Positions 24,721-37,705 of a stretch of 64,000 bases of DNA are shown here, piece after piece; position 1 is the first letter of the stretch; every line of letters starts with the position of its first letter. The position numbers and the translations under genes were made by a program. The notes under the pieces were generated by a model. It had not been told where the DNA came from. It was given only the letters and a program-made list of their open reading frames with translations, and ran no database searches. This stretch comes from Callorhinchus milii (taxonomy: Eukaryota): assembly GCF_018977255.1 (NCBI RefSeq), contig NW_024704742.1, forward strand, positions 81,098,001 through 81,162,000, read 5' to 3'.

Positions 24721-25579
24721 AGTTGGGGGTCGAACCGGACGCTTAGGTCTTTTCGAGTAGTGCCATGGGATCTTTAACATTCACCTGAACAGGCAGATGT
24801 CAGTTTAATGTCTCAGTTTAAGGATGCACCTCTGACAACACCAACATTTTGTTGGAGTGTCAGCCTAGACTGGGGATTGAACTCACATCCTCCTGACTCA
24901 GAGGTAAGAGTGCTACCAACTGAGCCAGGCTGACGCCTACAGGGAACAATACAGCAATTGCTGTGTAGTGAAGATGGCTATATTTCACTATGCAATTCGT
25001 ATGATAAGCAGTCTTGAAGTCAATGTTAGAATTTGCAATAATATACTGTACATATCTGAGAATAATACTCTGAATAATTCATTTAACAGGATGGACTTTC
25101 CATCATTTTGTCCCAATATTTAAGTATATTTTGCCCCAGTTTGTATATGTAAATGTTGATTTTAATATGTAAATTTACATCTGCTTTGCATATCACAATT
25201 ATTAGAACCTATTTCAACAGATCTTCCAAAAGCTACACAATAACAGGATGTACAATATTTTATTTACACAATAATTTCTAACAAAGGACTACTTTGCTTT
25301 GTTCTGGATTAAATATTTATAAAGGTCTTAAACAGCCTTACTGTACAAAAGGAAGAATGGTTTAAGAGCATTGTAGAGGGTGAACAGTTGTTGACATAGG
25401 AAATCTTTCTCATTACATAGAATAACAGAATTCTATAGATTTCTGATTTTATAAAGTCCATTGTGGGTTTCAAGAGGGAATTAGACAAGTGCAGGATCAC
25501 CAAAAAGTATAAAAAAAACTCATCATTTCTTTAAGACATATTAGACATGATAATGGTATCACGACTTTTTGGTCACCCT

Positions 25580-25896
25580 GTATATGAAAGATAAAGGCTT
25601 GAAGGGGTATGGAAATAGGGGGAGAGTCAGCAACATTGAATGGGCAAGTTGCTCTGAGAGCAAGTGCAGACTTAATGAGCTGAATAGCCAGCCGCCTTCC
25701 ACATTGTAAATTTCTTTGATATTAAAGAATGATATTGCACGGAACCAGCCATTTGAGGCCAATTAGTTCATGCTGGCACCACACCTCCTATACCCCTTTA
25801 TTCCCCTCTCCCTATATAGGTATTAATTTTCCTTTGAAATACTTTAATTCTTTATGCTTCAACCAAAACTTCAGGTGATGAGTTCCAAGTACTCAC
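25580..25896. mobile_element. Two CR1 3' UTR remnants tail to tail (+ then -)
   Basis: gaaggggtatgg...gagctgaatagcc...ttgtaaatttctttgat followed by a reversed copy. Other CR1 3' ends at ~27260-27475, ~30300-30520, ~43770-44110, ~45320-45545, ~46150-46345, ~52560-52840 and ~53110-53245. Confidence 0.65.
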
Positions 25897-26225
25897 GTGG
25901 AGTCCTGTAGCTCAGTGGTTAGAGCACTCGCTTTGCAAGCGAGAGACCTGAGTTCAATTCCAGGCAGAGGGCGAAACCTTGGGCAAGTTTCCTTACTCCA
26001 CACGCCTAATAATAACCCCTCCAAAACAAAAAACAATAATAAAATTGGTCATTTTCAATCTACGACTGTTTGTGGGACATTGCTGTGCGCAATTGGCTGC
26101 CGCGTTCGCCCACAAATATACAGTCAATTCACTTTACAGTGTGTTCTGTGAAGCGCTTTGGGACGTCTTTCCGACTTGAAAAGCGCTATATCAAATGCAA
26201 GGATTATTATTATTATTATTATTAT
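25897..26225 (+). mobile_element. Young full-length tRNA(Ala)-derived SINE (short subfamily) with L2-type tail and (ATT)n
   Basis: Pol III A box TAGCTCAGTGG and B box GAGTTCAATTCC; anticodon arm CTCGC-TTTGCAA-GCGAG; tail tgtgaagcgctttgggac...gaaaagcgctatatcaaatgcaagg(att)n; flanked by the direct repeat tactcac (25890-25896 and 26226-26232). Confidence 0.92.
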
Positions 26226-28560
26226 TACTCACTACCCTCAACTAAAAGATGGCCTTGTAAACTCTCTTTCTAATCTGCCCTTGTCTGTTTTATATTTATG
26301 CCCTTGCTTTGGACTCATTAACAAGTGGAAACAGCCTATTAATATTAATCTCATCTTATCCTTTCATGATCTTTTTGGGAAAAGGACCAGATTTGACAAT
26401 GTCCACTGAGTCACTCCCATTACAAGCACACGTTGCTAGGCCTGGTCATTTTTTCTCACAAGAGGAAATCTTTCCTCTCCCTGCCCCCTCCAAGTCTCTG
26501 CATTGTCTCTCCCATACCATGCACTGGAGTTGTGGGTTAAGTAAGGTTAAGTAAAGCAATTATTGCAGGCAACAAACGGACTCAGTAACTCTACTGTGCT
26601 GAGAGAAACGTGCAATTATGTTATCTGCCCTGATATCAAGTACTGGTGGGCTTCACTTCAGAGTGAAGGGAACATCTAAGGCACTTTCTGTGCCTTGAGA
26701 ATATTCCCAGAATCACCTTTGAACTCCATCCCACAGTCTCTCTGCCTCGCCCCCTCCCTTGCCTCCTTTGACCCATTTCAAAACCCTCTTCTTCGACCTT
26801 GCCTTCGTTCACCCTCCTTCCCCCATGCCCTTCACCCTCCCCATTTCCCCCCCAGCTCGAGTCTGAAACACTGATTGGCCAATGCTCAGGGACATCTTCC
26901 CAACATGAAAGGCGCTATGTCATGTGCTTTATTCACAAATATAATTTTTTTAAAATCTGTATCTTGCTGGATCTCCAGAGCTCAGAAAACAGAAATCAAT
27001 AATATATTTTGGCATTATTTTTGGAATCTATTTTGCATTATTTTATTGCTTTTTAATGTTCTGGATTCAGTGATTTATCAGGTGTTACAGTAGGGCCTTT
27101 TTTAAAAAGTACTGAGATTATCCAATTAGTTACAAAAGTGCTGCTTGAAGCTTTATCCAGAGAATCACAAGCCAGTAATAGAGTCATAGTAATAGGCATG
27201 CCCTGGTCAGGGAAGCACTGCAAATGATTACAAGAATTTAGAGCAACTATGGGGAATGATCAAAGAGGGAGATAGGATGTGGAATGTCCTACCTGAACCA
27301 TGGTTAAGGTACAATTCGTATTAGCTTTTAAAAGGGAATTAGTTAAATATCTGAACATGTGAAATATAAGAAAAGCTACGTGGAAAAGGCAGGAGAATGG
27401 GACTAAATAATTAGCTCTAGCAGAGTGTCAACATGGGCACAATGACCTTCTTCTGTGCTGTTAATTCTATGAAGCGTTGTGCTTAGTTCTAACCCAAACA
27501 TTGAGGCTTCTCATGTGCATGACACTGGAAAGGAGGATGTCTCTTAATACAGCTGGCTTTGAGGGGCTGGGGGTGGGGGGGGGAGCTGAAGAGGGTGGGG
27601 GAAGGAAAAGACGACAGAAAGTGCAGTTAAAAAGGTAACTCCAGAAGGACTTCAGGATGGAGTACCAGAGAGTTGGGTCAGAATGGCTTGCTCACTCATG
27701 GTGGGAACGGTAGGGTGAGGGCATGAAACAGACCGATGTTCACTAAACACAATATGGAAGTCAATTTAAGGTGGTGTTGAGCATTGCAAGTCAGTGTATT
27801 GAGGGACGTGGAACCCTGCTTTCTTCCAGCTGTACTTTTCAATGCTGAAAATGGAAGTGGCAGCACAGTCTAAATATACATGCTTAGTCTGTCTGATTCT
27901 GGGCGATTTTGTGTAAACAGCTGTAACAATGAGCCCAATGCTTTACTGAAGAAAAGGTGGAAGGAAAACTGTTGCATTGAGTGAAATGTGAACAGATTTC
28001 TTTTGGTTTCTCCTCTGTCATGTTATATACATGGTAAAGTCCTGCTTGATAATGCAATGATAATAATAATCTTTGGATTTGATATAGAACCTTATCACGT
28101 TTTCGAGACATCTTAAAGCGTTTCACAGAATATACTGTAAAGTGAATTAACTGTATATTTTGTCAGCAGCCATTTGCACATAGCAGTGTCCCACAAACAG
28201 TCGTCGATTGATCGACCGTATTATTATCATAATTATTATTATTATGACTAGTATAATGGATTAGGAAGAAAACTGAAGCAACATTTAGTTTTCCCCATAT
28301 TGCTTTAACCCTTTTATTTAGTGTCACAGAATGAACTCACTGTTGACTTGAATAATAAAACATGCTTTGTTCGAGTTTCCCAATGATTTGTACGTCAGAG
28401 AAAATCTAAATTTTCAACGGTTAAATATTTTGAATTTCTTCGATTGAAAAAAGTCTCATAACTTTTTTGTGCATATGAGGACAAAACAAAGGCCATTAAA
28501 AATACCTCTAATAGGAAGCCAGTCAACTTCAGATTTAATATCTCTTATCTTTCTTCGCAG

Positions 28561-28641
28561 GAGAAAAGGCGGAGACAAGCAGAAATTGAAGACAAGAGGC
28601 ATCAGCTCGAGGATAAAATACTTCAGCTGCAGCATCACAAG
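28561..28641 (+). CDS. PALM2: Paralemmin-2 coding exon B (81 nt, phase 0/0), EKRRRQAEIEDKRHQLEDKILQLQHHK
   Basis: Acceptor tctttcttcgcag ends at 28560; donor gtagga at 28642; in frame with exon A; matches the paralemmin coiled-coil EKRKRQxEIExKRxQL. Confidence 0.95.
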
Positions 28642-31607
28642 GTAGGAGACTGGTGCCAGAGTTTCATGCTATAATTTCTTTCACAAATTCCACACAATCG
28701 GGCTCATTCATGGCACATGTAATACATGACATTTGCCAGTAGACTCAGTTTAATGCCAGCAAGAGAATTTTGTTCAGTTCAATTCACATCTCACGGCTTC
28801 TTCTGAACTATTCTGTTCCTTCGTGAGTTCAATTATTTCTTTTCTGGGGGCTGGGGGGAGAGGCAAATCTTCTGATTACTAGTGTAAGGATTTTGGAGCT
28901 GGAGAATGCCACATTATTCAATGTATTTTACTCGGTGTCAATTTCAAACACTCTCCAGTTCAATTACACTGCTGTCAGTTGCAGAGCAAAGTTTGCAGCG
29001 CTGTACCAACCAGGGCCTCCCAACAGACCCCAACCCCCCTGCATTTCAATCAGTTTTATGTTTTGGGCTTACGTCAACTAAGAAATTGATTGATACTGTC
29101 CAGGATTGTAACAGCCAGCACATAAAGAAAACATTTTTCTCATTAGACTGGGCTGCATTTGAATGCAAGTTACTAGATGTGAAAGCACAATTTTCTTTCT
29201 AACTGCACCACCTAAAACATGTATTGATTACAAATATCATGTACATAACGTCATTTTATGGAATCGCATACTGTGGATTCCTTAACTGGTTCCAAGTGGC
29301 ATTTCTTTTCATCAAAAAACACATCAATAGCTATGAAGCAGTACTTCACGGTTCACAGGAGGACATATTGATATCAAGCAAAAGCGAAGCATTGGAGTGA
29401 TCTATGGATTTAATTTAAATCCAATGAAGGTTCCAATAAATCAATTCAGCAGAAGGATTAAGCATGCTTAATGGTGGGACATCGGAGATGTGACTTTGTA
29501 ACAAATGGCTTGTAAATCAGTGGACTCTGATGAAAGAGGTGGACGGCACATTAAAGAGAAACTAATCCATGTTGAGACCCGTGTTGATTAGATCAAGTGA
29601 AAGCTATGACGGAATCCCATCTTTACTGGTGCTAACCTCAGTCATCCATCAAATCATCACTGAAGACTCTCTTATGAATTTGCATTGAGATCTGAAAAGG
29701 CAAGATTCAAGCCACTGCAGAAACATCTGTATTTGTCATCTCTAGGGATGAGCACCAAAGAAATTATCCATCCAAATCATGCCAATTCAGTCTTAATTGA
29801 AAAGGCATGTCATTGATCCAATTTGGACACGTTGGAAGATGCCTCCCCACTTTTTTAAACAAATAGGAATGTACTTTCACACAGAGGAACTACTTTCATT
29901 TTCTGTGCCTTTCCATTTTGACGCACACACTCATGGAGTTATTTCATTCTATTATAGACATAGATGATTAGTGTGAAGTACACTGTCATGATGCCTCATT
30001 CCTACTTATTGTTGACAGCTCAGCTTCTAAAGAATTACAGGTAAAAGGGAGCAGTAAAAGAAGTTTACAAAAGTTCACATCTTTTAACAGTGGTGGAAAA
30101 AAGCAATTAGCACACCAAGACACCAGTTCCAATTTTCATTCGTGCAAGAAGAAGCACAAAGTTGCTTTCTCCCTCCAAATAGATGCACTAAAGCAATGGA
30201 CTGCAGTCACCAGCATAAGTTCACCATAACAGTGGTGACCAGGATTGCTTAGCAAAGGATAGAGGTGAAATTCTCCACAATGCCAGCTTAGATTCCCAGC
30301 TCTTATACAGCACACAAAGAAGTAATTTGGCCCATAGAGTCTACACCAGGTCGCAGAGCAAGATGTACTTTTAATCCCCCTGACCTGCCCTATTTTTATA
30401 CCCTTCAAGACTTCAACGTTCAGGTACCCATTTATTTCCCTCTTCAAACCCACAGTGAACTCTGCCTCTACCATCTCACTTGGCAGGACATTCCATATCC
30501 CAACAACTCTCTGTTTGCAAAAAGATGAAAAACAGTTAAAAGAATATCTCAGAATGAGCTGCAATGAGCCCATTACATTTCTTTTATTGCATTGTTGGGC
30601 CATGCTCAACTGGCAAGGCATTGAGGCTTTCAATAATTCAGATGAAATCCAAACCAATGAAGTCACCATCATATGTAATTTGCATCTGGCATTTCTTTCA
30701 ATAAACTGTGAAGTGCTGAATCCCCACAAGCAATCCCCATGTCCCTATTCACACGCTTCCAACCATTTTTCACAGCTCCAGGGCAAAGGCAACCCGACAG
30801 ATGCCACTTTCAGTAGATCATTGCTTCAGATATCAGTGAGTGTTAATATAGGAATCCGACTTCTTTTCTTTGTCTTGTTTATATTTTGTACTTTTCCCTG
30901 TGACCTTTCCTTCACTTGTCCTGAAGGACAAGTTCTATCACTTCTTGTTGCCATTTCTTAGTGTGGAAAGCACACGTGTTTCTGGCACTGGTTGACATCC
31001 AGTGATGTGTGAGTTGAGCCTTATGTGTTTTGGCATGCAGAAATAATCTTGTTTGGGAGGGGTTAAATATTTTACAGACCTTGAAAAGACTCATTAAGCT
31101 GCCCTCTCTGAGTATCACTACATCTGTAATAACTCATATATTTTCTTGATTTGAGGGTACCACTCTCATCTTTGGTTCAGAGGGTTGTAAATTCAAGCTT
31201 ACATTGGTACTTGAATTTCAAGTCTAGGCTGACACTCCAATGCCATACTGGGGCAGAGCTGAAGTACCACAGGTGAGATGCTGAACCCAGCTGCCTACTC
31301 TCATCATTTTGAAGAGCCATTCTTCCCCACCCCATCTTTTTTTCCTCCATGAAGGTACTTCAGTTCTGTTAGATCTTTCTTGTTGCTCTTTTCTGAAATC
31401 CCTCTTTTCCTTCCCAATGCACCAACATCCCTGTAAAGGACATTGTGTGCCTTCAACAGTGATCGAAAGCAGGTTAGATTGACACACTTTGAGTTAAGGT
31501 GACAAAGATGAACATCTTCAGGATATAGCTTAGTATTTGATCAAGTTTGTTGGAAACATTCAAGGAACAATCATGAATTACACTGAAATCCACCTTTGCT
31601 ACTGAGT

Positions 31608-31910
31608 ATAATAATAATCCTTGCATTTGATATAGCGCTTTTCACATCTTCTAGACGTCTCAAAGTGCTTCACAGAATATGCTGTAAAGTGAATTGACCG
31701 TATATTTGTGGGCGAAATGCGGCAGCCAATTGTGCACAGCAGTGTCCCACAAACAGTCGTGGATTAAAAATGACCAATTTATTATTGTTTTGGAGGGATT
31801 ATTATTAGGCGTGTGGAGTAAGGAAACTTGCCCAAGGTTTCTCTCTGCCTGGAATTGAACCCAGGTGTCTTGCTTGCAAGGCGAGTGCTCTAACCGCTGA
31901 GCTACAGGAC
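31608..31910 (-). mobile_element. Full-length tRNA(Ala)-derived SINE (short subfamily)
   Basis: Same head, body and tail as the 25897 copy, reversed. Confidence 0.9.
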
Positions 31911-33221
31911 AGGATATCCTTTCTCCATGTGAAGCTGCTTCCCAGTATAATACAGATTACTTTGCATCTACTTACATCGTTGCAGATGCAGTGTATAGAA
32001 AGAACAGACAGACAAGAGGCAGGCAGACCACGAGAGAGAGTAAATCAGGCCAGGAGAGTAAATCAGGCTTACAGTCACAGGCCTCAATATGGACTATAGG
32101 CAGATCAACTTGTTTCCCAGTGAGAGAATAAATAAAACCTGCAAAGAAAGGCTTCCCTACGGACTGTGTATTAATTCAGTTTGTTAGAAAGTGAACTTTT
32201 TACAAAAACTAACCTCATTATGCATTGGCATTTGACCAGCCTGTTGAACAAATGGCTTTCACATTCCTTGAGTCTGATGTTCCACCTCCTCTTAGCCTGT
32301 TGGGACCACTTTGTCTTAAAATTTAATATCGCACCGAAGGGTGAAAAATTCCAAACTTCAGTTTTAATTTGGAAGCTGGTTCTTATTAAGATTTGCAGAA
32401 AACTTTGCTTCCAAATGAAACTTGAGAAGAGGAATTTTTCACAATTTTAAAACTTTAAGAATTTAAAATTCAAAATGGTCTCAAGGCTGTGAAATTTTAG
32501 GATAATGTCTTGGAGCACTTCCCAATAGTGCTGTCGGAAGAGATGAAGGGTGAGATAACGTAGGTGTGGTAAAAGAGAGGTTTTCAAGACATATAGAGAA
32601 GGACTGAGATGGAGGGTGGAAAGGAAGGAAGTTCCAGAGGTTTGGGCACTGTAGCTGAAGAATAGGGGCATGGAGAGGGCAGCAAACCCAAAATAGTGAA
32701 GCAGAGGGGCGATCACAGGAGTGGGGTAGATAAGCTCAGATACGCAGAGGTAGTAGGGTAATGGTGGACAACCATTTAGGTCGGCCAACAAAATCAAGTT
32801 TGTTCATTGAATATTTTTGGATTTATGCCTTAAAACTATTGATTCAACACAATTTACCAGGACTTTTGTGAATGTTTCGCTTGTTGACGTCGATATAGGC
32901 TACTTCCAGCCTGTGGGCCAAGGATTGACCACCACTGAGCGAGGGCATGGAGGGATTATAGGCGAGGACTGGAATAATGGGCATGCAAAGTTTGGTGAAG
33001 GTATTAGACCATTTAAGATGGTGAGGAATTGTGGAAATTTCTTAAATTCTATCTTAATTGAGAAGTCAGCTTCTTTTGAAAAATTGCAGAAAAATAGCTT
33101 TTAAGTTCAGTCTGAATTTAAGAATGTTTGACAGTTTTGCCCCATGTTAAATATTAAGACAAAACATTGCAGATGTCTGGAATTTCAAACCTCAGATCAC
33201 TATCTGTGGTCTTTAGCTTGA

Positions 33222-33389
<168 letters not shown>

Positions 33390-34330
33390 TAAGATAAGCA
33401 GAAGGGACACCCGTCCACAATAAATCCTTCAACAGTCACTTTATTAAAACGGTAACCTGGAATTTGAAAAATGTTGCAGCAGGTTTTGATCTCTAGGTTG
33501 ATGGTCATGGGTGTACGCATTTTTTGTTTGGTCAGCCAGATGTCTGATACACACGGAAATCCATCACCATGTTTACGTGCATCTTACTCTTACTGAGTAA
33601 CTGCTGAAATTCTGTTCCACAGATCCTTGCAAAGTCTTTGCAAAATAAATATGTTTAAGATTGAAGCTGACTAGCAATGGAATACAAGGCAGTCATTGAA
33701 TGTGGGTTCTGATAATTTGCTGAACGGTGAATATGAAACATGAATGGATTTTTAATGGGGCCAGTGACCACTGCACACTGGCAGTGGCTAGTGGATGCGG
33801 TCTGTGTCTCCTAACTGACAGCTACTTTCTCACCTCTTGTGGTAAATGATTCTTCGTAACTGTTTAGGTGAGGTTCTGTTCTGTGGTCCTGGATCTGGTT
33901 AACAACAACAACAACTTAGAGGTTTAAGTTAGTTAATGTGGCTGTTGAGCCTCAGCAAGCAAGACAAAAGCCAACGGTTAATAATGGTAAGAGTGAATCA
34001 GTGGGAGTGCTGCAATTGGCCTAAGAGCAGTGAGGGGATAGAGTGGAAAATCCACTGCTCATTATCATTCTCCAGCAGTTTACGTGTGCACGGGTCAGCG
34101 TAGAATGGGATCAAGCTTGGCTTTGATGAGCTCCACAAATGAATGACCTACTGATGCTGTTTAGGAACTTGATGACAGAATGGTCATTTTGATCTGGGTG
34201 TTGCAGGGCAGCTGCAATCCAAAACTGTACTTGAACATGAACAATCAGTTTCAGGAGAGGAAGGGAGAAAAATGGGGTGAGGGAAAGAAGTTATTCAATA
34301 AAAATGTGAAGTTAATTAAGTATATGAAAT

Positions 34331-34738
34331 GTGTTAGCTTGGCTAAATCGATAGAACTCTCATCTCTGAGTCAGAAAATTGAGGGTTCAAGTCCCATGTC
34401 GAAACTTTAAACTCGTATAGTCGAGGCTGGCACTACAGTACTGGGGGGTACACTGTTTTGTTAGAGGTGCCGTCCTTCAGATGAAGTGTAAAAAACGAGA
34501 TCCGCTCTCAGTCTGTTCAGATCCCATGGCACTATTTGAAAAAAGAAAGGAGTTTCTCTCAATGTCCTGGATAACAGTCCCCCAGATAAAATTTGTGATT
34601 CATTTCATGGCTGTTTGTAGGGCATTGCTACATGCAAATTGGTTGCCACGTTCACCTACAAGTACACTTTACAGTAAATCCTATGAAGTGCTTTGAGACA
34701 TCCTGCCGACATGAAACCAAATGTAAGGATTATTATTT
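34331..34738 (+). mobile_element. Old Deu-domain SINE copy
   Basis: tctgagtcagaa...gggttcaagtccc...gaggtgccgtccttcagatga...gatcccatggcactatttgaa. Confidence 0.75.
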
Positions 34739-35481
34739 ACTGTTACATCAATAAAGTCAAAACACAAAATAGAGAGAATGGATAAAAAATAGGAAAATTG
34801 TGAGAAACAAATCTTTAAAATTAATTGCTTTGAATTACGGGTTTGTGATAAAGAATGTAATAGCATCAGTAACAAAGCTTCTCTTGACATTTGAGCAGCT
34901 TTGTTAATGTGATATTGTTTTAGCATCAGTGAATGAGACTAAACAGCTTTTTCTTAAACTTGGCATTTCCAGAACAGTGCTCTAAGGGTTAAATGTGGAT
35001 ACTCACAGCACAGTGTCCAAGATGAATAGTTCATTAGCACGCTGCTCCCATTAATTCAATCCCATTAATAGCACTAATTATATTTAACCAAACTCATTCA
35101 GAGAATAAGAATATAAAATACGAGTGGGAAATTGAAAATCTGTCTCTGACACAGATTCAGAGGTCAGACAAAGATGCTCAGATCAGAGGTTCACTTACCT
35201 TAACAGAGCAATTGAAGGACATCTCTGTTTATTGAACATGTACAAGGATTGATTGATGATCTCGTTAGGTGCGAAATGAACGAACCCGACCACAACAGGA
35301 ATATCACAAATTGTGGTGAATTCTGAATTTACTAAAAATGAAATGTCAGCACTATTAAAATGTATCTTTTATTTTTTTAAAAAATGATCTTTTGTTGCTG
35401 ATGGAATAAGAACGGCAAACAGTAACTAGCATTTACACAGCGCATTTCAGTATGATTATACCTCAAAGCACTTTACAGAGG

Positions 35482-36420
35482 CAACAACAACAAATTGCAG
35501 TTATGTAGCGCCTTAATAATAATAATAATCCTTGCATTTGATATAGAGCTTTTCACGTCGGGAGGACGTCCCAAAGCGCTTCACAGAACACACTGTAAAG
35601 TGAATTGACTGTATATTTGTGGGCGAACGCGGCAGTCAATTGCGCACAGCAATGTCCCACAAACAGTCGTAGATTGAAAATGACCAATTTATTATTGTTT
35701 TTGGTTTTGGAGGGATTATTATTAGGCGTGTGGAGTAAGGAAACTTGCCCAAGGTTTCGCTCTGCCTGGAATTGAACTCAGGTCTCTCACTTGCAAAGCA
35801 AGTGCTCTAACCACTGAGCTACAGGACTCCTTGGGAGGATGCCCCAAGGTGTTGGACAGTCAAGTGTTTGCACCTAAGCTGGTGGTTGGATTCAGAAGGA
35901 ATGGGGTGAACAGGGGTGGGGATGGGAAGATGACAAAAAGTGCGGTCAAAGGGCAAGGTCTTGAGGTGGACCTTGAAGGTGATGTGGGAAGGGACTACAG
36001 AATGGAGTTCCGGAGACCAAGGGCAGAAAGGCAGAAGCACCGACCGCTGATGGTGGGAAAAAGTAGGTAGTGAGGAATACAGGGGTAAAATGATCAAAAG
36101 CACAGTCAAACAGGTTGGCTTTTAGAAGAATTTTGAAAGCAGAGTATGGGCGCAAAGCCAAGATTTTGGGAGAGCGCAAGGCCGTAGAGAGCAGGAGCAC
36201 AATGTCTGAAAGCTAGGCTGCCAATGGTGTAGATCATTCATAGGATGGGCAATTGGCCCGGGTGAGCTCAGCAGTGAGACTGCAAACCACAGGGGTAGGG
36301 TAGGGCAAGGACATAGAAGCATTTGAAAATCAAACAAGGATCTTGAAATCAATCTGCTGGGGAACAGCAATGGAGCCCGGTGAGGATAATGGTGAACAGG
36401 GGCACACAGAGCCTAACCCG
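35482..36420 (-). mobile_element. L2 3' fragments, interrupted at 35514-35830 by a young SINE
   Basis: Tail caacaacaacaaattgcagttatgtagcgcctt continues after the SINE as tgggaggatgccccaagg; peptide FKVHLKTLPFD. Confidence 0.75.
35514..35830 (-). mobile_element. Young full-length tRNA(Ala)-derived SINE, nearly identical to 25897-26225
   Basis: The reverse complement aligns by eye along its whole length to the 25897 copy with few differences. Confidence 0.92.
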
Positions 36421-37266
36421 AGAAAGGTTGCAGACTACACCCCCATGTTTAACATCGTTCTATAAAATTTCATTGTATTTCTTTAAAAAAATTGCTGCTG
36501 CTAAATATGGATTATATTGTTTTTTCCAAACCGAAACGTTTCCTCACACAGCTCATGTCTGCATGTATGTCACTCAGCACATCAGGCCAGCCCATCCACC
36601 TCGGTGCAATGCTATGCATTGTAGGAAGAGAGTCCCATCTTGCCAACTTGTAGTGGATGGGACCATAATAACTTGTCAGCACCTCATTATCCTGCATTGC
36701 AGGAAACCAGCTCTCATCACTCCTTTAAAAAACAGGCCAACATTATCGAGTGTGGCATGATTTCATCATCTGGTGCCATTTCAGCAGCAACATGGCAGAA
36801 GAATGGTGTTAACCCTTTCCGATGGGTGGTTTGTTGACAGGCCCACACTAGGTTGTTAAAGCTGCACTTGATTGAGGTTTCTCGGCACTTCAGTAATACT
36901 CAGCTGCATTAAGGATCATGTACTTGCCATCTCTAAAGCTCCTGTAATCACTCGGTTTCTCTAGTGAAATCGGAACTGGATTAGAAACTGTACATAAAGA
37001 TATTTAAAGAAGCCTTTGGCCACGGTGGCCCACTCTCCATAACAACCTTTTTTCACCCACTCCATCTCTGCCCTTGCTTGTGTGTTATTTATGAAAAGAA
37101 CTATCACGTTGATCGTGTTCACGGTCACTTCCCTAACCGTTTCTCCCTCACTGCTTAACTGACGTCCATCTCTGTGAACCACTCTGAAATATTCTCTACA
37201 TGAAGAATAAATACAATTTGTTATTATTGATCTTATAGTCCAGGCCGACTCTCCAATGCATTGCTG

Positions 37267-37705
37267 GGTACAACAACAGCGAATTACACTTGTATAGTGG
37301 TCTTCACATCAGAAAGAAGTCCCAGGGCGCTGGACAATCAGGGGCTTTGGGTGTTGGGTCAGAAGGGGAGGAGGGCAGGGGGGTGGGGCTGGGAGGGTGG
37401 CCAAAAGCACGGTTGGAGAGGAAGATCTTTAGATGGGACTTGAAGGAGGCAAGAGAGGGCGTGAGGCGGAGATATTGTGGGACAGAATTCCAGAGTATAG
37501 AAGCAGAGATGCTGAATGCCCGACCGCCAATGGTGAGGTGGGAAGTGTGGGGGACCTGAAGCAGGCCAGTGTCCGCCAAACGGAGGGAGCGGATAGGCTG
37601 CTATGGAGTTATGAGGTCAGTGAGGTAGGGGGGAGCAAGATCCTGAAGAGCCTTGAAGATAAGAATGAGAGTTTTGTACTTGATTCTCTGAGGAATGGGT
37701 AGCCT
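37267..37705 (-). mobile_element. L2 LINE 3' fragment
   Basis: Peptide GGRAFSISASILWNSVP...SFKSHLK and L2 3' UTR with acaacaac tail. Confidence 0.85.

Noticed and set aside
25897..25970. tRNA-Ala(TGC) gene (also at 21827, 31910, 35830, 48755, 58881 and 62899)
   Set aside because: The D, anticodon and T arms are tRNA-like, but there is no proper acceptor stem and every copy continues into the same SINE body. These are SINE heads.
30136..30961. Long overlapping ORFs (197 and 168 aa) as genes
   Set aside because: They span a CR1 remnant (QRVVGIWNVLP) and decayed repeat sequence, with no splice or homology support.
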